Positions 46,762 to 56,945 of a DNA stretch of 64,000 bases are shown in pieces. The DNA is from Myxococcota bacterium. Lineage in GTDB: Bacteria > Myxococcota_A > UBA9160 > SZUA-336. How positions within the stretch are numbered: the first letter of the stretch is position 1; each line of letters opens with the position of its first letter. The notes beneath the pieces are model-generated. The model had not been told where the DNA came from, did not search any database, and saw nothing but the letters and a program-made list of their open reading frames with translations. The stretch is taken from the NCBI GenBank assembly GCA_965247115.1, contig CBDFGR010000002.1, positions 1,568,001 to 1,632,000 of the forward strand, in the 5' to 3' direction. The position numbers were made by a program, and so were the translations under genes.

Positions 46762-48363
46762 TCAATCCGAACTTTTTGGGTCCTCGGGGGGATCTGACCA
46801 GCCCAGGGCGTGGGTGATGGCATGGTAGATGTAGGTCTGTTCTTGGACGCCTTGAAAGAGGGGGGATCCGGGGCCGCCGGCGTAGATGGGGACGTCCTCT
46901 CCCGAGTGGGTCTCTGCCAGAAGTGGGAATGTGGTCTCCTGCATATAGCGGGGATCGGCGGTATCGACCTCGGATAGGTCGGGACGGCCGTCTGTGATGC
47001 CTTCTACCTGGTTGGGGAGGTGCGGGAACCACTTCGGACCGGCAGGCTGGGCCTGGGTGGCGCCTGTGTAGCCCGGGCCGTTCGCGTAGGAGAGCGTGGT
47101 GTAGGGCTGGCCGAGGGCGTCGCGCTCCAGGCGTGCGGGGTTGCGAGCCAGGCCGAGGATATCGTTGCCCCGGCCGGGGTAGCCCGAGATGCTCATGGTG
47201 TGGCCATGGTCTGCGGTCACCACAATCAGCGTCTCCTTCGGATCGGTCAGCTCGAGTGCTGCGCGCACGGCGTTCGAGAGCTCGATCGTCTCGTCCAGCG
47301 CGCGGTACGCGTTGTTGAAGTGGTGGCCGTGGTCGATGCGGCCTGCCTCGACCATCAGGAAGAAGCCCTTGGGATTCTGGGACAGGGTCCGAAGGGCGTG
47401 CATCGTCATCTCCGTCAGAGATGGCTCGCCTCCGCGGTCCGAGCTCCGATCCGCCTCGAAGCGCATGTGCTCGGACTCGAACAGGCCGAGCAGGTGCGGG
47501 GTCGCCTCCGGCTTCCTGGCCAGGAGCTGCGCGCGGGTCCAGACATAGGAGTCGGGGCCGAAGCGAGCACGCCACTCCTCTGTGAGGTCGCGCCGGTCGG
47601 TTCGGAAGCCGACCCGCAGCGGGTCCTCCGGGTCCCGGATCTCCGCGGGCAGAAAGTGAGAGCGGCCGCCACCGAGCACCACCTCGATCCCGTCTCCCCG
47701 GTCGAACTCGATCAGCTGGCGGGCAATATCCGGGAACCCTGCTGTGCGGGCCGCGGAGGAGAGCCGGCCGTCGCTCTCCCAGTTTCGGTCCGGCACGTGC
47801 GCATAGCAGGCTGCCGGGGTTGCATGGGTGATGTTCGCGGTCGAGACGACACCGGTGGAGAGACCCCGCTCCTCCGCCTCCTCGAGCAGGGTCGGCACGC
47901 GCCCGGTCTCCACGCTGGAGTGGTCACCCCGCAGCACCCGATCGTCGACGCCGAGGACCCCCATCTTTGTCTTCACACCGGAGACCATGGCTGTCATCGT
48001 GCCGGCCGAGTCGGGCACCTGCATGTCTGTGTTGTAGGTCTTCGAGAGGGCTGTATAGGGCAGCCGCTCAAAGGCCAGCAGGTTCTCCTCGCCCGTCTGT
48101 CCGCGCCGCTGCCCCTCGAGAATCCGGGCTGCCGTGACGGTCGGGATGCTCATGCCGTCCCCTACGAACAGAATCACGTTCCTGGCTCGCTCGTTCGCCG
48201 CGGCTCCGACCCGCTGCTGGGCGCGCTGGACCGCCTCGCGGCCCTCTCGGAACCAGGGGTTTCCGAGCCTCGGGTCGGGGGGCTCGCGGGCGCTCGTCGC
48301 GCCCCACGCAATCAGGGCAGCCAGACAGAGCGCGATCGCGCGCCCTCCCGAGGCCCGCTCCAT
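46762..48363 (-). CDS. Alkaline phosphatase (PhoA family), exported
   Basis: Motifs NVILFVGDGM, VPDSAGT (catalytic Ser), THATPA, VEAGRIDH.HH, VTADHGH, ETHSGEDV; signal peptide. Confidence 0.94.
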   Translation of the reverse strand: MERASGGRAIALCLAALIAWGATSAREPPDPRLGNPWFREGREAVQRAQQRVGAAANERARNVILFVGDGMSIPTVTAARILEGQRRGQTGEENLLAFERLPYTALSKTYNTDMQVPDSAGTMTAMVSGVKTKMGVLGVDDRVLRGDHSSVETGRVPTLLEEAEERGLSTGVVSTANITHATPAACYAHVPDRNWESDGRLSSAARTAGFPDIARQLIEFDRGDGIEVVLGGGRSHFLPAEIRDPEDPLRVGFRTDRRDLTEEWRARFGPDSYVWTRAQLLARKPEATPHLLGLFESEHMRFEADRSSDRGGEPSLTEMTMHALRTLSQNPKGFFLMVEAGRIDHGHHFNNAYRALDETIELSNAVRAALELTDPKETLIVVTADHGHTMSISGYPGRGNDILGLARNPARLERDALGQPYTTLSYANGPGYTGATQAQPAGPKWFPHLPNQVEGITDGRPDLSEVDTADPRYMQETTFPLLAETHSGEDVPIYAGGPGSPLFQGVQEQTYIYHAITHALGWSDPPEDPKSSD

Positions 48364-48446
48364 CCGCTTCCGGTCCCGGCGAAGTCGCATTTCGGGAAGC
48401 ATACCCGGCGATCGGGGAGCTGGCGGACTGTGCGCAGGAGGAGCCG

Positions 48447-48938
48447 CTATTCCAGACAGTACCTGGCGACCAGAGCGCAGCGCGAGTCGGCGTTCAGGCC
48501 CTGGTGGCTGCGCCCCCTGGCCTCGAAACCGCGCACCACGTCGTCGCCCACCTCGAACTTGAGCAGGCAGTAGCCCGGAGCGATTTTCGTGGTCGTCGGA
48601 TTCACCCGGAATTCTCGCTCGCGATTCCGGTGCGTATCGCGTAGGGTCGGGTCGTTCGTCTCGCCGCGGGGGCGACCCAGGACCGGTGATCCAGTTCGAG
48701 CCCCGGCAACATCGACGGATTCCATCTCGCCCATCGGCGGCTCGAGCCGACGCACGTACACCCAGAGGCCGTGGAGGTCGCTTTCGTAATCCAAGTCCTC
48801 AGGGGGGCCCATACAGTTGATGATGTCACGACCACTGAGCCCTAGGACGCCGGTTCGGACCCGGTCCGACCGCTGCGTGTAGGTCTCGCCGCAGGCGGAG
48901 AGGATCAAAAAGAAAATGAGAATCACCGGTGCCCGCAA
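48447..48938 (-). CDS. Hypothetical lipoprotein
   Basis: Hydrophobic signal ending LSA-C (lipobox); LG.S...I..CMGPP. Confidence 0.7.
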   Translation of the reverse strand: MRAPVILIFFLILSACGETYTQRSDRVRTGVLGLSGRDIINCMGPPEDLDYESDLHGLWVYVRRLEPPMGEMESVDVAGARTGSPVLGRPRGETNDPTLRDTHRNREREFRVNPTTTKIAPGYCLLKFEVGDDVVRGFEARGRSHQGLNADSRCALVARYCLE

Positions 48939-49052
48939 CCCCTGACCCTCCGCGAAGAATGGTAGGATGAGGCCGACCTACGGAGAGCATGCCCGGTCGC
49001 GAACTGCTCTGCCAGAAAAACTGCGACGCCAGAAATGGGAGATAGAACGGAA

Positions 49053-49868
49053 GTGAGAACCCATAGCTTTCGCCGGAAGGCCCCCCTAGCGCTGGTTGCG
49101 GGTGTCTTGATTCTCGGCGCGCAGACGACGGCCGGATCCGACCAGCTGGACCAGGTCCTGGAGATTGGAGAAGGCACTCAGGTGGCGGCTGCAAAGTCGC
49201 AGGAGCGGATCGATAAGCTGGCCACCGACACGGACAAGCTCCTCGGGGAGTATCGAACCGTGAACGAGCAGATCGACCAGCTCCGAAACTACAACGGTCA
49301 GTTGCGAACGCTGCTCGCGTCGCAGAACGAGGAGATCGCCTCGCTCAGCAGCCAGATCGAGGAAGTCACCGTCGTGGAGCGCCAGATCATGCCGCTGATG
49401 AACCGCATGATCGTCGCTCTCGAGGACTTCGTGGAGCGGGACGTTCCCTTCCTCGTCGAGGAGCGGGCGGACCGGGTCGAGAACCTGCTCGCGCTCATGA
49501 GTCGGGCCGACGTGACGGTCGCCGAGAAGTATCGGCGCCTGGTCGAGGCGTATCAGATCGAGAACGAGTACGGGCGCACGATCGAGTCGTACCGTGGCGA
49601 GCTCCAGATCGGCGACGGCCCGCTGCGGACTGTCGACTTCCTGCGTTTTGGTCGCGTCGTGTTGATCTACACCACTCTCGACGGCAGCGAGGCCGGCGTC
49701 TGGGACGGCGGCACGAACTCGTGGGGGGAGCTTGACGGCAGCTATCGGACAGCGGTCCGCGAGGGACTGCGCATCGCGCAGCAGCAGTCGGCCCCTGATC
49801 TCGTGGTTCTTCCCGTACAGGCCCCGCAAACCGTAGGGTCCGGATCGACCGCGCAGGTGTCGCGATGA
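49053..49868 (+). CDS. DUF3450 family protein (TtpB-like)
   Basis: Motifs SQERIDKL, FV..DVPFL.EER..R, AEKYRRL.EAYQIE.EYG, VDFLR.GRV. Confidence 0.9.
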   Translation: MRTHSFRRKAPLALVAGVLILGAQTTAGSDQLDQVLEIGEGTQVAAAKSQERIDKLATDTDKLLGEYRTVNEQIDQLRNYNGQLRTLLASQNEEIASLSSQIEEVTVVERQIMPLMNRMIVALEDFVERDVPFLVEERADRVENLLALMSRADVTVAEKYRRLVEAYQIENEYGRTIESYRGELQIGDGPLRTVDFLRFGRVVLIYTTLDGSEAGVWDGGTNSWGELDGSYRTAVREGLRIAQQQSAPDLVVLPVQAPQTVGSGSTAQVSR

Positions 49869-51214
49869 ACTCGCTGAAACTGATCGCAGTAGCACTGGTC
49901 GCGACTTTGCTCAGCCCGGGCCCCCTCGGTGCTCAGGAGTCGCTCGACGAGCTCCTCGAGAAGGTGAGGACAAGCCGGATCGAGAACCAGGCCATCAACA
50001 AGCAGCGCGAGGCCGAGTTTCGCTCCCAGAAGTCCGAGCAGCAGCGCTTGCTGCGCGAGGCCCAGGGCACGCGAGACCGGCTCGAGCGGCGCAGCACGGA
50101 GCTCGAGGCGAGCTTCAACGAGAACGAGATCCGGATCACTCAGCTCGGGGAGCAGCTGAGGAATCGCCTCGGCAACTTGGGCGAGCTGTTCGGCGTGGTG
50201 CGCCAGGTCGCAGGCGACACACGAGGAGTGCTCGACGGGTCGCTCGCGACGGCGCAGTTCCCCGGACGAGCAGAGCCTATGGCCGAGCTTGCCGAGAGCA
50301 AGGTGCTGCCGTCGATCACCGAGCTGGAAGGCTTGTGGTTCGCACTTCTGGAGGAGATGGTCGAGTCCGGCAAGGTCGTCCGTTTCAACACCACCGTCGT
50401 GCTGCCCGATGGCGAGCAAGTCACTAAGGATGTGGTCCGCGTGGGCGTCTTCAATGCCATTTCGGACGGGAAGTTCCTGCGCTACCTGCCGGAGACCGGC
50501 AAGCTGACGGAGCTGGCGCGGCAGCCCGCAGCGCGTTATCGGGGTGCGGCCGCGGATCTCGAGGGAGCCACGAGCGGCCTGGTCGCGATGGCGGTCGATC
50601 CCTCGCGCGGCTCGATCCTGGCGTTGCTCGTCCAGAGTCCGACGTACATCGAGCGCGTCCAGCAGGGCGGCGTGATCGGCTACATCACGATCACTCTCGG
50701 TCTGATCGGGCTCGGGATCGTCGTGATCCGCTTCTACACTCTGTTCAGCGTCCGTGGCAAGATGATCTCGCAGATGAGCTCGGACAAGGCGGATCCTGGC
50801 AATCCGCTGGGCCGGGTGATGCAGGTCTACGAGGAATACGGCACTGCGGACACCGAGACGCTCGAGCTCAAGCTCGACGAGTCCATCTTGAAGGACGCGC
50901 CAAAGCTGGAGCAGGGCCTCACGACCGTGAAGGTGCTCTCGATCATCGCCCCGCTTCTGGGCCTGCTCGGAACTGTCACCGGGATGATCCTGACGTTCCA
51001 GCAGATCACCCTGTTCGGAACGGGCGACCCGAAGATGATGGCGGGCGGCATCTCGCAGGCACTCGTCACCACCATGCTGGGTCTGACCGTGGCCATCCCG
51101 CTCACGCTCTTGCACAGCTGGCTGCGTGACCGAAGCAAGTCGCTGATCCAGATCCTGGAGGAGGAGAGCGCGGGCATGGTCGCGCGTCGAGCCGAGGCGG
51201 AGCACGCCGAGTGA
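49865..51214 (+). CDS. Large MotA/TolQ/ExbB family protein (TtpC-like)
   Basis: Long periplasmic region, VRVG.FN, DPSRG, APLLGLLGTVTGMI.TF, MAGGISQALVTT.LGL. Confidence 0.9.
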   Translation: MNSLKLIAVALVATLLSPGPLGAQESLDELLEKVRTSRIENQAINKQREAEFRSQKSEQQRLLREAQGTRDRLERRSTELEASFNENEIRITQLGEQLRNRLGNLGELFGVVRQVAGDTRGVLDGSLATAQFPGRAEPMAELAESKVLPSITELEGLWFALLEEMVESGKVVRFNTTVVLPDGEQVTKDVVRVGVFNAISDGKFLRYLPETGKLTELARQPAARYRGAAADLEGATSGLVAMAVDPSRGSILALLVQSPTYIERVQQGGVIGYITITLGLIGLGIVVIRFYTLFSVRGKMISQMSSDKADPGNPLGRVMQVYEEYGTADTETLELKLDESILKDAPKLEQGLTTVKVLSIIAPLLGLLGTVTGMILTFQQITLFGTGDPKMMAGGISQALVTTMLGLTVAIPLTLLHSWLRDRSKSLIQILEEESAGMVARRAEAEHAE

Positions 51215-51750
51215 CAGCACTCTTAGATCAGTGGGTTGCGGTCCAGGACTTCATGGGCCGGGGCGGTCAAGTCCTGATCGGGATCGCGTTCCTGACCTTC
51301 TGGTTGTGGACTCTGATCATCGAGCGCTTCTGGTACATGCGCACGAGCCATCCCCTTGAGCTCGAGCGGGTCCTTGGAATCTGGGACACACGCAGCGAGC
51401 GGTCCTCCTGGTACGCGCACCAGATCCGCAGGGCGCTGATCTCCGAGGTCTCAGCCAAGGCCCACCGCCAGGTCAGCATGATCCAGGCGCTCGTGGCGCT
51501 CTGTCCGCTGCTCGGACTGCTTGGTACAGTTACCGGCATGATCGAGGTGTTCGACGTGATGGCGATCACCGGCAGCAGCAACGCCCGCGCCATGGCGTCG
51601 GGGGTGTCGAAGGCGACAATCCCCACCATGGCCGGGATGGTCGTCGCGCTGTCCGGTCTCTACTTCAGCGTGCGCCTCAAACAGTGGGCCGACGACGAGG
51701 AGGAGCGCACGGCCGACCTCCTCACGCACGAGACGGTGATCCATGGCTAG
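51211..51750 (+). CDS. exbB: ExbB-family proton channel protein
   Basis: Motifs CPLLGLLGTVTGMIEVF and MASGVSKATIPTMAG. Confidence 0.9.
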   Translation: MTALLDQWVAVQDFMGRGGQVLIGIAFLTFWLWTLIIERFWYMRTSHPLELERVLGIWDTRSERSSWYAHQIRRALISEVSAKAHRQVSMIQALVALCPLLGLLGTVTGMIEVFDVMAITGSSNARAMASGVSKATIPTMAGMVVALSGLYFSVRLKQWADDEEERTADLLTHETVIHG

Positions 51751-52153
51751 GCGCCGCCGGAGCCAGTCTGGCGAGGAAGAGGCGATCCAGCTCACCCCGA
51801 TGCTGGACGTCGTCTTCATCATGCTCATCTTCTTCATCGTGACCGCTTCGTTCGTGAAGGAGTCCGGGATTCAGGTGACCCGGCCGAACGCAGAGTCGGC
51901 CGAGCGAAAGATACGGGCCAGCATCCTGATCGCGATCTCGAGGACCGGAGAGATCTGGATCGAGAAAAAGCGCGTCGACGTGCGAGCCGTGCGCACGAGC
52001 GTCGAGCGACTGCTGGCCGAGAATCCGAAGGGATCGGTCGTGATTCAGGCCGACCAAAGGTCCCATAACGGCGTCTTCGTCAAGGTCATGGATCAGGCCA
52101 GGTTGGCGGGGGCAGCGGAGATCGCGATTGCGGCCAGGGAGGGTCCGTCATGA
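51743..52153 (+). CDS. exbD: Biopolymer transport protein ExbD
   Basis: Motifs LTPMLDVVFIMLIFFIVT and VIQAD......VKVMD..R.AG. Confidence 0.94.
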   Translation: MARRRRSQSGEEEAIQLTPMLDVVFIMLIFFIVTASFVKESGIQVTRPNAESAERKIRASILIAISRTGEIWIEKKRVDVRAVRTSVERLLAENPKGSVVIQADQRSHNGVFVKVMDQARLAGAAEIAIAAREGPS

Positions 52154-52764
52154 TCCAGCGTTACTCGAGTTCGGTCGTTCTTGGCGGAATTGCGACCCTC
52201 GCGCTCTTCTTCCTGATGCAGTCCCTGATCGCCTACGGTTCGGCAGGAGTCCAGGACGAGGTGCTCGGTACCGTCATCGACTTCGTCATGGTGAATAACG
52301 AGTCGGAGACGCAGGCCAAGAGGCGGCGGCCGCCTCGCAAGCTGCAAGAGGAAAAGCCCCCTGAGCCGCCAGACATCGAGCTGAACCGGGCGCGCAAGCC
52401 CCAGTCGCAGAATCAGGGTCAGGGCTTCGGCGACTTCGACTTCGGAGAGCTGCAGGGCGGTCCGCATCTGGGCGGCGCCCCCACCGATGGGGACATTCTG
52501 CCTCTGGTCCGGATCGAGCCCCGCTATCCGGCGCGAGCGCTGCAGCGCGAAATAGAGGGCTGGGTGCTGCTCGAGTTCTCGATTTCCCCCGCCGGAACCG
52601 TCATCAATCCGTTCGTGGTGGATTCAGAGCCCCCGCGCACCTTCGACCGGGCCGCACTGAGGGCGGTGGCGCGCTGGAAGTACAAGCCCAAGGTGGAGGA
52701 CGGCCTCACGGTCACCCGCCACGGCGTCCAGGTCGTACTCACGTTCGAGCTCGAAGAGGATTGA
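52150..52764 (+). CDS. tonB: Energy transducer TonB
   Basis: N-terminal TM, Pro-rich linker, PRYP.RA....IEGWV...F, WKYKP. Confidence 0.92.
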   Translation: MIQRYSSSVVLGGIATLALFFLMQSLIAYGSAGVQDEVLGTVIDFVMVNNESETQAKRRRPPRKLQEEKPPEPPDIELNRARKPQSQNQGQGFGDFDFGELQGGPHLGGAPTDGDILPLVRIEPRYPARALQREIEGWVLLEFSISPAGTVINPFVVDSEPPRTFDRAALRAVARWKYKPKVEDGLTVTRHGVQVVLTFELEED

Positions 52765-52779
52765 ACAGGAGGTGCCGTC

Positions 52780-54078
52780 GTGCATCCGAGACTTTCCTAC
52801 TTTCTCGCTGTAGTCACCGCCTTCGCACTCTCTTCCCCGCTACTCCTCGTACCGGGCCCTGATGGAGTTGTCTGGGCAGAGAAGAAAGAGTCGCGCAAGC
52901 CGCCCGAGACGAGAAAGGTCCAGGCGGTGCGCGAATGGGCCTTCAAGCGCCTCGGAGCCGCGCAGGATGCACTGACCGTCGACGACTACGTGACGGCTGA
53001 GGAGCAGCTGGAGGAGATGCAGAAGTCGACGCGGCTCAACACGCACGAGGTCGCGCTCATGCACCAGACCTGGGCCTACCTCCACTCCGAGCGGGACAAC
53101 TACCCAGACGCGATCAAGGAGTTCGAGGCGGCCATCGCCACCGGGGGGCTCCCGCTCTCGGTTGAGCTCAGCGTGCTCTACAACATCGCCCAGCTCTATA
53201 TCGTGACCGAGCAGTACCGGGAGGGCATCGCGAAGCTGCAAGAGTGGTTCAGACTCACCGAGCAGCCGACCGCGGCCGCCTACGTCCTGCTCGCTAACGG
53301 CTACGTACAGCTCGATGACTATGCGAGCGCCCTGCCGCACGCGAAGAAGGGCGTAGCGATGTCGGTCAACAACCCCAGGGAGAGCTGGGTGCGCTTGCTG
53401 CTCGCTCTGCACTTCCAGCTCGAGCAATACAGAGAGGCCGCGGACATCCTGGAAACGCTCGTGACCCTGTGGCCGAAGAAGTCGTACTGGATGCAGCTGT
53501 CCTCTATCTACGCGACCATCGGTGAGGACCACAAGTCGCTGACGGTCATGCAGATAGCCTACGGCGAGAACTACCTGACCGAGAGCAGGGAGATCGTGCG
53601 GCTGGCGCAGCTCTATCTCTACCATGAGATCCCCTACCGGGGGGCGAAGGTGCTCGAGAAGGGCTTCGAGGACGAGCTGGTCGAGGAGAACGAGAAGAAC
53701 TTCGAGCTGCTCGCCAACAGCTGGATCCACGCCCAGGAGCTCGACCAGGCGCTCCCGCCCCTCGGACGCGCGGCGGATCTGTCAGAGGACGGCAATCTCT
53801 ATATGCGCATCGGCCAGATTCACGTGGAGGCCGAGGACTGGAAGAAGGCCGCGGGATCCCTCGGCACGGCAATCGACAAGGGCGAGCTGGACCGCCCAGG
53901 CCTGGCGAACCTGTTGCTCGGCATTGCGCACTTCAACGGAGGCAAGTACACCGCCGCCAAGCGATCCTTTACCCGCGCCTCGAAATACGAGAAGACTCGG
54001 AAGAGCGCGCGCCAGTGGATGCGCCACGTCGACCAGGCGCGCCCTCCCTGGACAGGGGCGCGGAAGGCACCGAAGTAG
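52780..54078 (+). CDS. Exported TPR protein of the TonB operon (TtpD-like)
   Basis: Signal peptide and multiple TPR-like repeats; IPYRGAKVLE; follows tonB. Confidence 0.85.
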   Translation: MHPRLSYFLAVVTAFALSSPLLLVPGPDGVVWAEKKESRKPPETRKVQAVREWAFKRLGAAQDALTVDDYVTAEEQLEEMQKSTRLNTHEVALMHQTWAYLHSERDNYPDAIKEFEAAIATGGLPLSVELSVLYNIAQLYIVTEQYREGIAKLQEWFRLTEQPTAAAYVLLANGYVQLDDYASALPHAKKGVAMSVNNPRESWVRLLLALHFQLEQYREAADILETLVTLWPKKSYWMQLSSIYATIGEDHKSLTVMQIAYGENYLTESREIVRLAQLYLYHEIPYRGAKVLEKGFEDELVEENEKNFELLANSWIHAQELDQALPPLGRAADLSEDGNLYMRIGQIHVEAEDWKKAAGSLGTAIDKGELDRPGLANLLLGIAHFNGGKYTAAKRSFTRASKYEKTRKSARQWMRHVDQARPPWTGARKAPK

Positions 54079-54168
54079 CTTCTGCGCGCTGACGCAAATT
54101 CGCGCGTATCCCTAAAGCCAGACAGCTGATCTGCCGATTCCTCTGGGGTCCCCCCCGGAGGGAACGGC

Positions 54169-55425
54169 GTGATGCAGGTCTTCCGTTCGAGTTCGCTCGC
54201 CGCCTGTCTGCTCCTCTGCGTCTGTGCGAATCCCGGCGACGTGGCCTTCCAGCGTGGGGAGTACCGCCTGGCGGCCGAGCAGGGCCATCCCGAGGCCCAG
54301 TGGCTCGTAGGAGTCGCCTATGCCGGCGGGCTTGGCGTCGAGCGGGATGCAAAGGCGGCACTGCGCTGGTTTCACGCCGCGGCGGAGGCAGGCCACCCTG
54401 CCGCTCAGCACGAGCTCGGCCTCGCCTACCAGGAGGGAGTGCTCGTCCCGCGCAGCATGCTCGAGGCGGCTCGCTGGTTCCGGGCAGGTGCCGAGGCGGG
54501 CCACCCTGGCGCTCAGTTCGTCTACGGAGCCCTCTGTCTGGAAGGACGCTGGGTGACGTTGGGTCCGCGTCACGGGGCGCGCTGGATCACCCGGGCAGCC
54601 GAGTCCGGCCACCCCGGGGCCCAGGCCGCGCTCGCGTACCTGTACCACCGTGGAATCGGCGTAGGGTCCAAGAGCGACGAGAAGGCCAACGAGTGGCTGA
54701 AGAAGGCGGCAGAGCAGGGTGATGTCCCCAGCCAGAGCGGCCTGGGTACCGCGTACGCGCTGGGCTGGGGAGTGGAACGGGATCCTGAACGCGCCGTGCA
54801 CTGGTGGCGGCTTGCCGCCAACGCCGGAGACGTGACCGCGCAGGCCAACCTCGGCTCCATGTACGCGCAGGGCAGCGGGGTGGAGCGGGACGTAGAGAAG
54901 GCACTGCACTGGCTGTTCCGCGCCGCAGCTTCCGGCAGTACAGACGCCCAGTTTCACCTGGGCCTGATCTACCTGAGCGGCGACCAGGTCCTCATGGACC
55001 TGTCGCTGGCACTGAACTTCTTTCTGGCTGCGTCGGCGCAGGATCACGCGGGAGCGGAGAACGCGCTGGGAGCGATGTATGCCGGGGGTCGCGGGCTGGA
55101 GCAGAACCTGAAGCTGGCAGCGCACTGGTTCCGACGCGCTGCCGAGCGGGGGCACGCGCGGGCACAGGTGAACCTGGGGACCTTCTATGCGAACGGTCTG
55201 GGGGCGCCGCAGAATGACGCACGGGCCGCGCACTGGTTCCGGCTCGCGGCAGAGCAGGGGGAGCCTGTTGCGCAGCAGAGGCTGGCGGAGATGTATTTGG
55301 AGGGGCGTGGCGTCGAGAAGGATGATGGAGAGGCGCAGCGCTGGCGGCGGTTGGCTGAGGAGAATGGTTCGGGGGAGGATCCGCCTGCTTCGATGATCGA
55401 GGTGCCGGGGGTTTCTGGTAGGTAA
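54169..55425 (+). CDS. Sel1-like repeat protein
   Basis: About ten repeats of AA..G...AQ..LG..Y..G.GV..D...A..W. Confidence 0.92.
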   Translation: MMQVFRSSSLAACLLLCVCANPGDVAFQRGEYRLAAEQGHPEAQWLVGVAYAGGLGVERDAKAALRWFHAAAEAGHPAAQHELGLAYQEGVLVPRSMLEAARWFRAGAEAGHPGAQFVYGALCLEGRWVTLGPRHGARWITRAAESGHPGAQAALAYLYHRGIGVGSKSDEKANEWLKKAAEQGDVPSQSGLGTAYALGWGVERDPERAVHWWRLAANAGDVTAQANLGSMYAQGSGVERDVEKALHWLFRAAASGSTDAQFHLGLIYLSGDQVLMDLSLALNFFLAASAQDHAGAENALGAMYAGGRGLEQNLKLAAHWFRRAAERGHARAQVNLGTFYANGLGAPQNDARAAHWFRLAAEQGEPVAQQRLAEMYLEGRGVEKDDGEAQRWRRLAEENGSGEDPPASMIEVPGVSGR

Positions 55426-55429
55426 AGCC

Positions 55430-55542
55430 GTCGGCGGGCGGGACACTTCCCCCGCGTGACCTCGCTACTCAGCTCCGCCAGCGTCTCCTATGCCTCGGAC
55501 ACCGCTACACGGTCTCGCGGGGGAAGTGTCCCGCCCGCCGAC
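55430..55542 (+). repeat. Family C hairpin element, copy 3
   Basis: 32-bp IR with 1 mismatch (55430-55461 / 55511-55542) around the 49-nt loop. Confidence 0.9.
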
Positions 55543-55600
55543 TCCTTGCTCCGCGTTGCGTTGGTGGAGCTGCGTCCCTGTGTGGGTTGTGGGTGTGGAG

Positions 55601-56083
55601 TTAGGGGATGCGGGTGAGGGTGGTGATGGTGAAGGGGTGGGGGTGGTGGTTGTCGGGTTTGAAGTGTTTGCTGGCGGTTTCTTTCCACTCTGAGAGGTCG
55701 AAGTCCGGGAAGTAGGTGTCGCCTTCGATGTTGGCGTGGACTCTCGTGAGGTAGAGGACGTCGGCGAGGGGGAGGGCTTCCGTGTAGAGGGTGGCGCCTC
55801 CGATGATGATCCTCTCGGACCTGGTCGCTGCTTCGAGGGCTGCCTCTAGGCTGGGGGCGGATTTGCAGCCCTTTGCTACCAGGTGCGGGTTGCTCGTGAC
55901 GATGAGGTTTTCGCGGTCGGGGAGTTTGCGGGCGATGGATTGGTGGGTCTTGCGGCCCATGATGACGGTCTTGCCGAGGGTGGTTCTCTTGAAGTGGGCG
56001 AGGTCGCGGGGGAGGTGCCAGGGGAGGCCGCCCTGTGCTCCGATCACGCGGTTGCTGGCCACTGCGGCAATCAGCGAGATCAG
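55601..56083 (-). CDS. folA: Dihydrofolate reductase
   Basis: (M)ISLIAAVASNRVIG...LPW.LP.DL.HFK..T.GK.VIMGRKT..SI, IIGGA.LY, GDTYFP. Probable CTG start at 56083. Confidence 0.94.
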   Translation of the reverse strand: MISLIAAVASNRVIGAQGGLPWHLPRDLAHFKRTTLGKTVIMGRKTHQSIARKLPDRENLIVTSNPHLVAKGCKSAPSLEAALEAATRSERIIIGGATLYTEALPLADVLYLTRVHANIEGDTYFPDFDLSEWKETASKHFKPDNHHPHPFTITTLTRIP

Positions 56084-56091
56084 AGGGGCTC

Positions 56092-56886
56092 CTAGACGGC
56101 GATCGGCGCCTGGATCAGCGGGTGGCTCTTGTAGCCGGCGAGGTGAATGTCTTCGTAGCGGAAGTCGAAAATCGAGCGCACTCCAGGCTTGAGCTCGAGG
56201 CGGGGCAGCTCGTAGGGCGTACGGGCCAGCTGAGTGTCCGCCTGTGCGAGGTGGTTCGTGTAGAGGTGCACGTCGCCGAACGTGTGAACGAAGTCACCGG
56301 GCTCGAGGTTCGAGACGTGAGCAATCATGTGGGTGAGCAGCGCGTACGAGGCGATGTTGAAGGGAACGCCGAGGAAAACGTCGGCGGAGCGCTGGTACAG
56401 CTGGCACGAGAGCTTGCCCTCGGACACGTAGAACTGGAACAGCGCATGGCAGGGGGGTAGGGCCATGCTCGGCAGCTCGGCCACGTTCCAGGCGCTCACG
56501 ACGAGGCGCCTGGAGATGGGATTTCGAGCGATCTCGTCTATGACCCAGCTGATCTGGTCGACGGTCTTCCCGTCGGCACTGCGCCAGGAGCGCCACTGGG
56601 CACCGTAGATGGGACCGAGCTCGTCGTTGGCATCTGCCCACTCGTCCCAGATGCCCACGTCGTTCTCGTGCAGGTAACGGAGATTTGTATCCCCGCGCAG
56701 AAACCAGAGCAGCTCGTGGAAAACGGACTTGAGCTGCAGCTTCTTCGTCGTCACCGCCGGGAAGCCGCGCGCTAGATCGAAGCGCAGCTGGCGGCCGAAC
56801 ACGCTCAGCGTTCCCGTCCCCGTCCGGTCCGCCTTCGCAGTGCCGTTGTGGCGGACGTCTCTCAGCAAGTCCAGGTACGGCTTCAC
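56092..56886 (-). CDS. thyA: Thymidylate synthase
   Basis: Motifs [49 protein letters not shown]. Confidence 0.97.
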   Translation of the reverse strand: MKPYLDLLRDVRHNGTAKADRTGTGTLSVFGRQLRFDLARGFPAVTTKKLQLKSVFHELLWFLRGDTNLRYLHENDVGIWDEWADANDELGPIYGAQWRSWRSADGKTVDQISWVIDEIARNPISRRLVVSAWNVAELPSMALPPCHALFQFYVSEGKLSCQLYQRSADVFLGVPFNIASYALLTHMIAHVSNLEPGDFVHTFGDVHLYTNHLAQADTQLARTPYELPRLELKPGVRSIFDFRYEDIHLAGYKSHPLIQAPIAV

Positions 56887-56945
56887 GCTGCCCTCCGTTC
56901 ACTCAAAGTACCAATCGAGTCGCTCCCTCTGCTACCCTCGCCGAC

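Noticed and set aside
49865..52153. Flagellar stator (motA/motB) genes
   Set aside because: The context with ExbD, TonB and DUF3450 marks an Exb/TonB system, and no OmpA-like MotB domain is seen.
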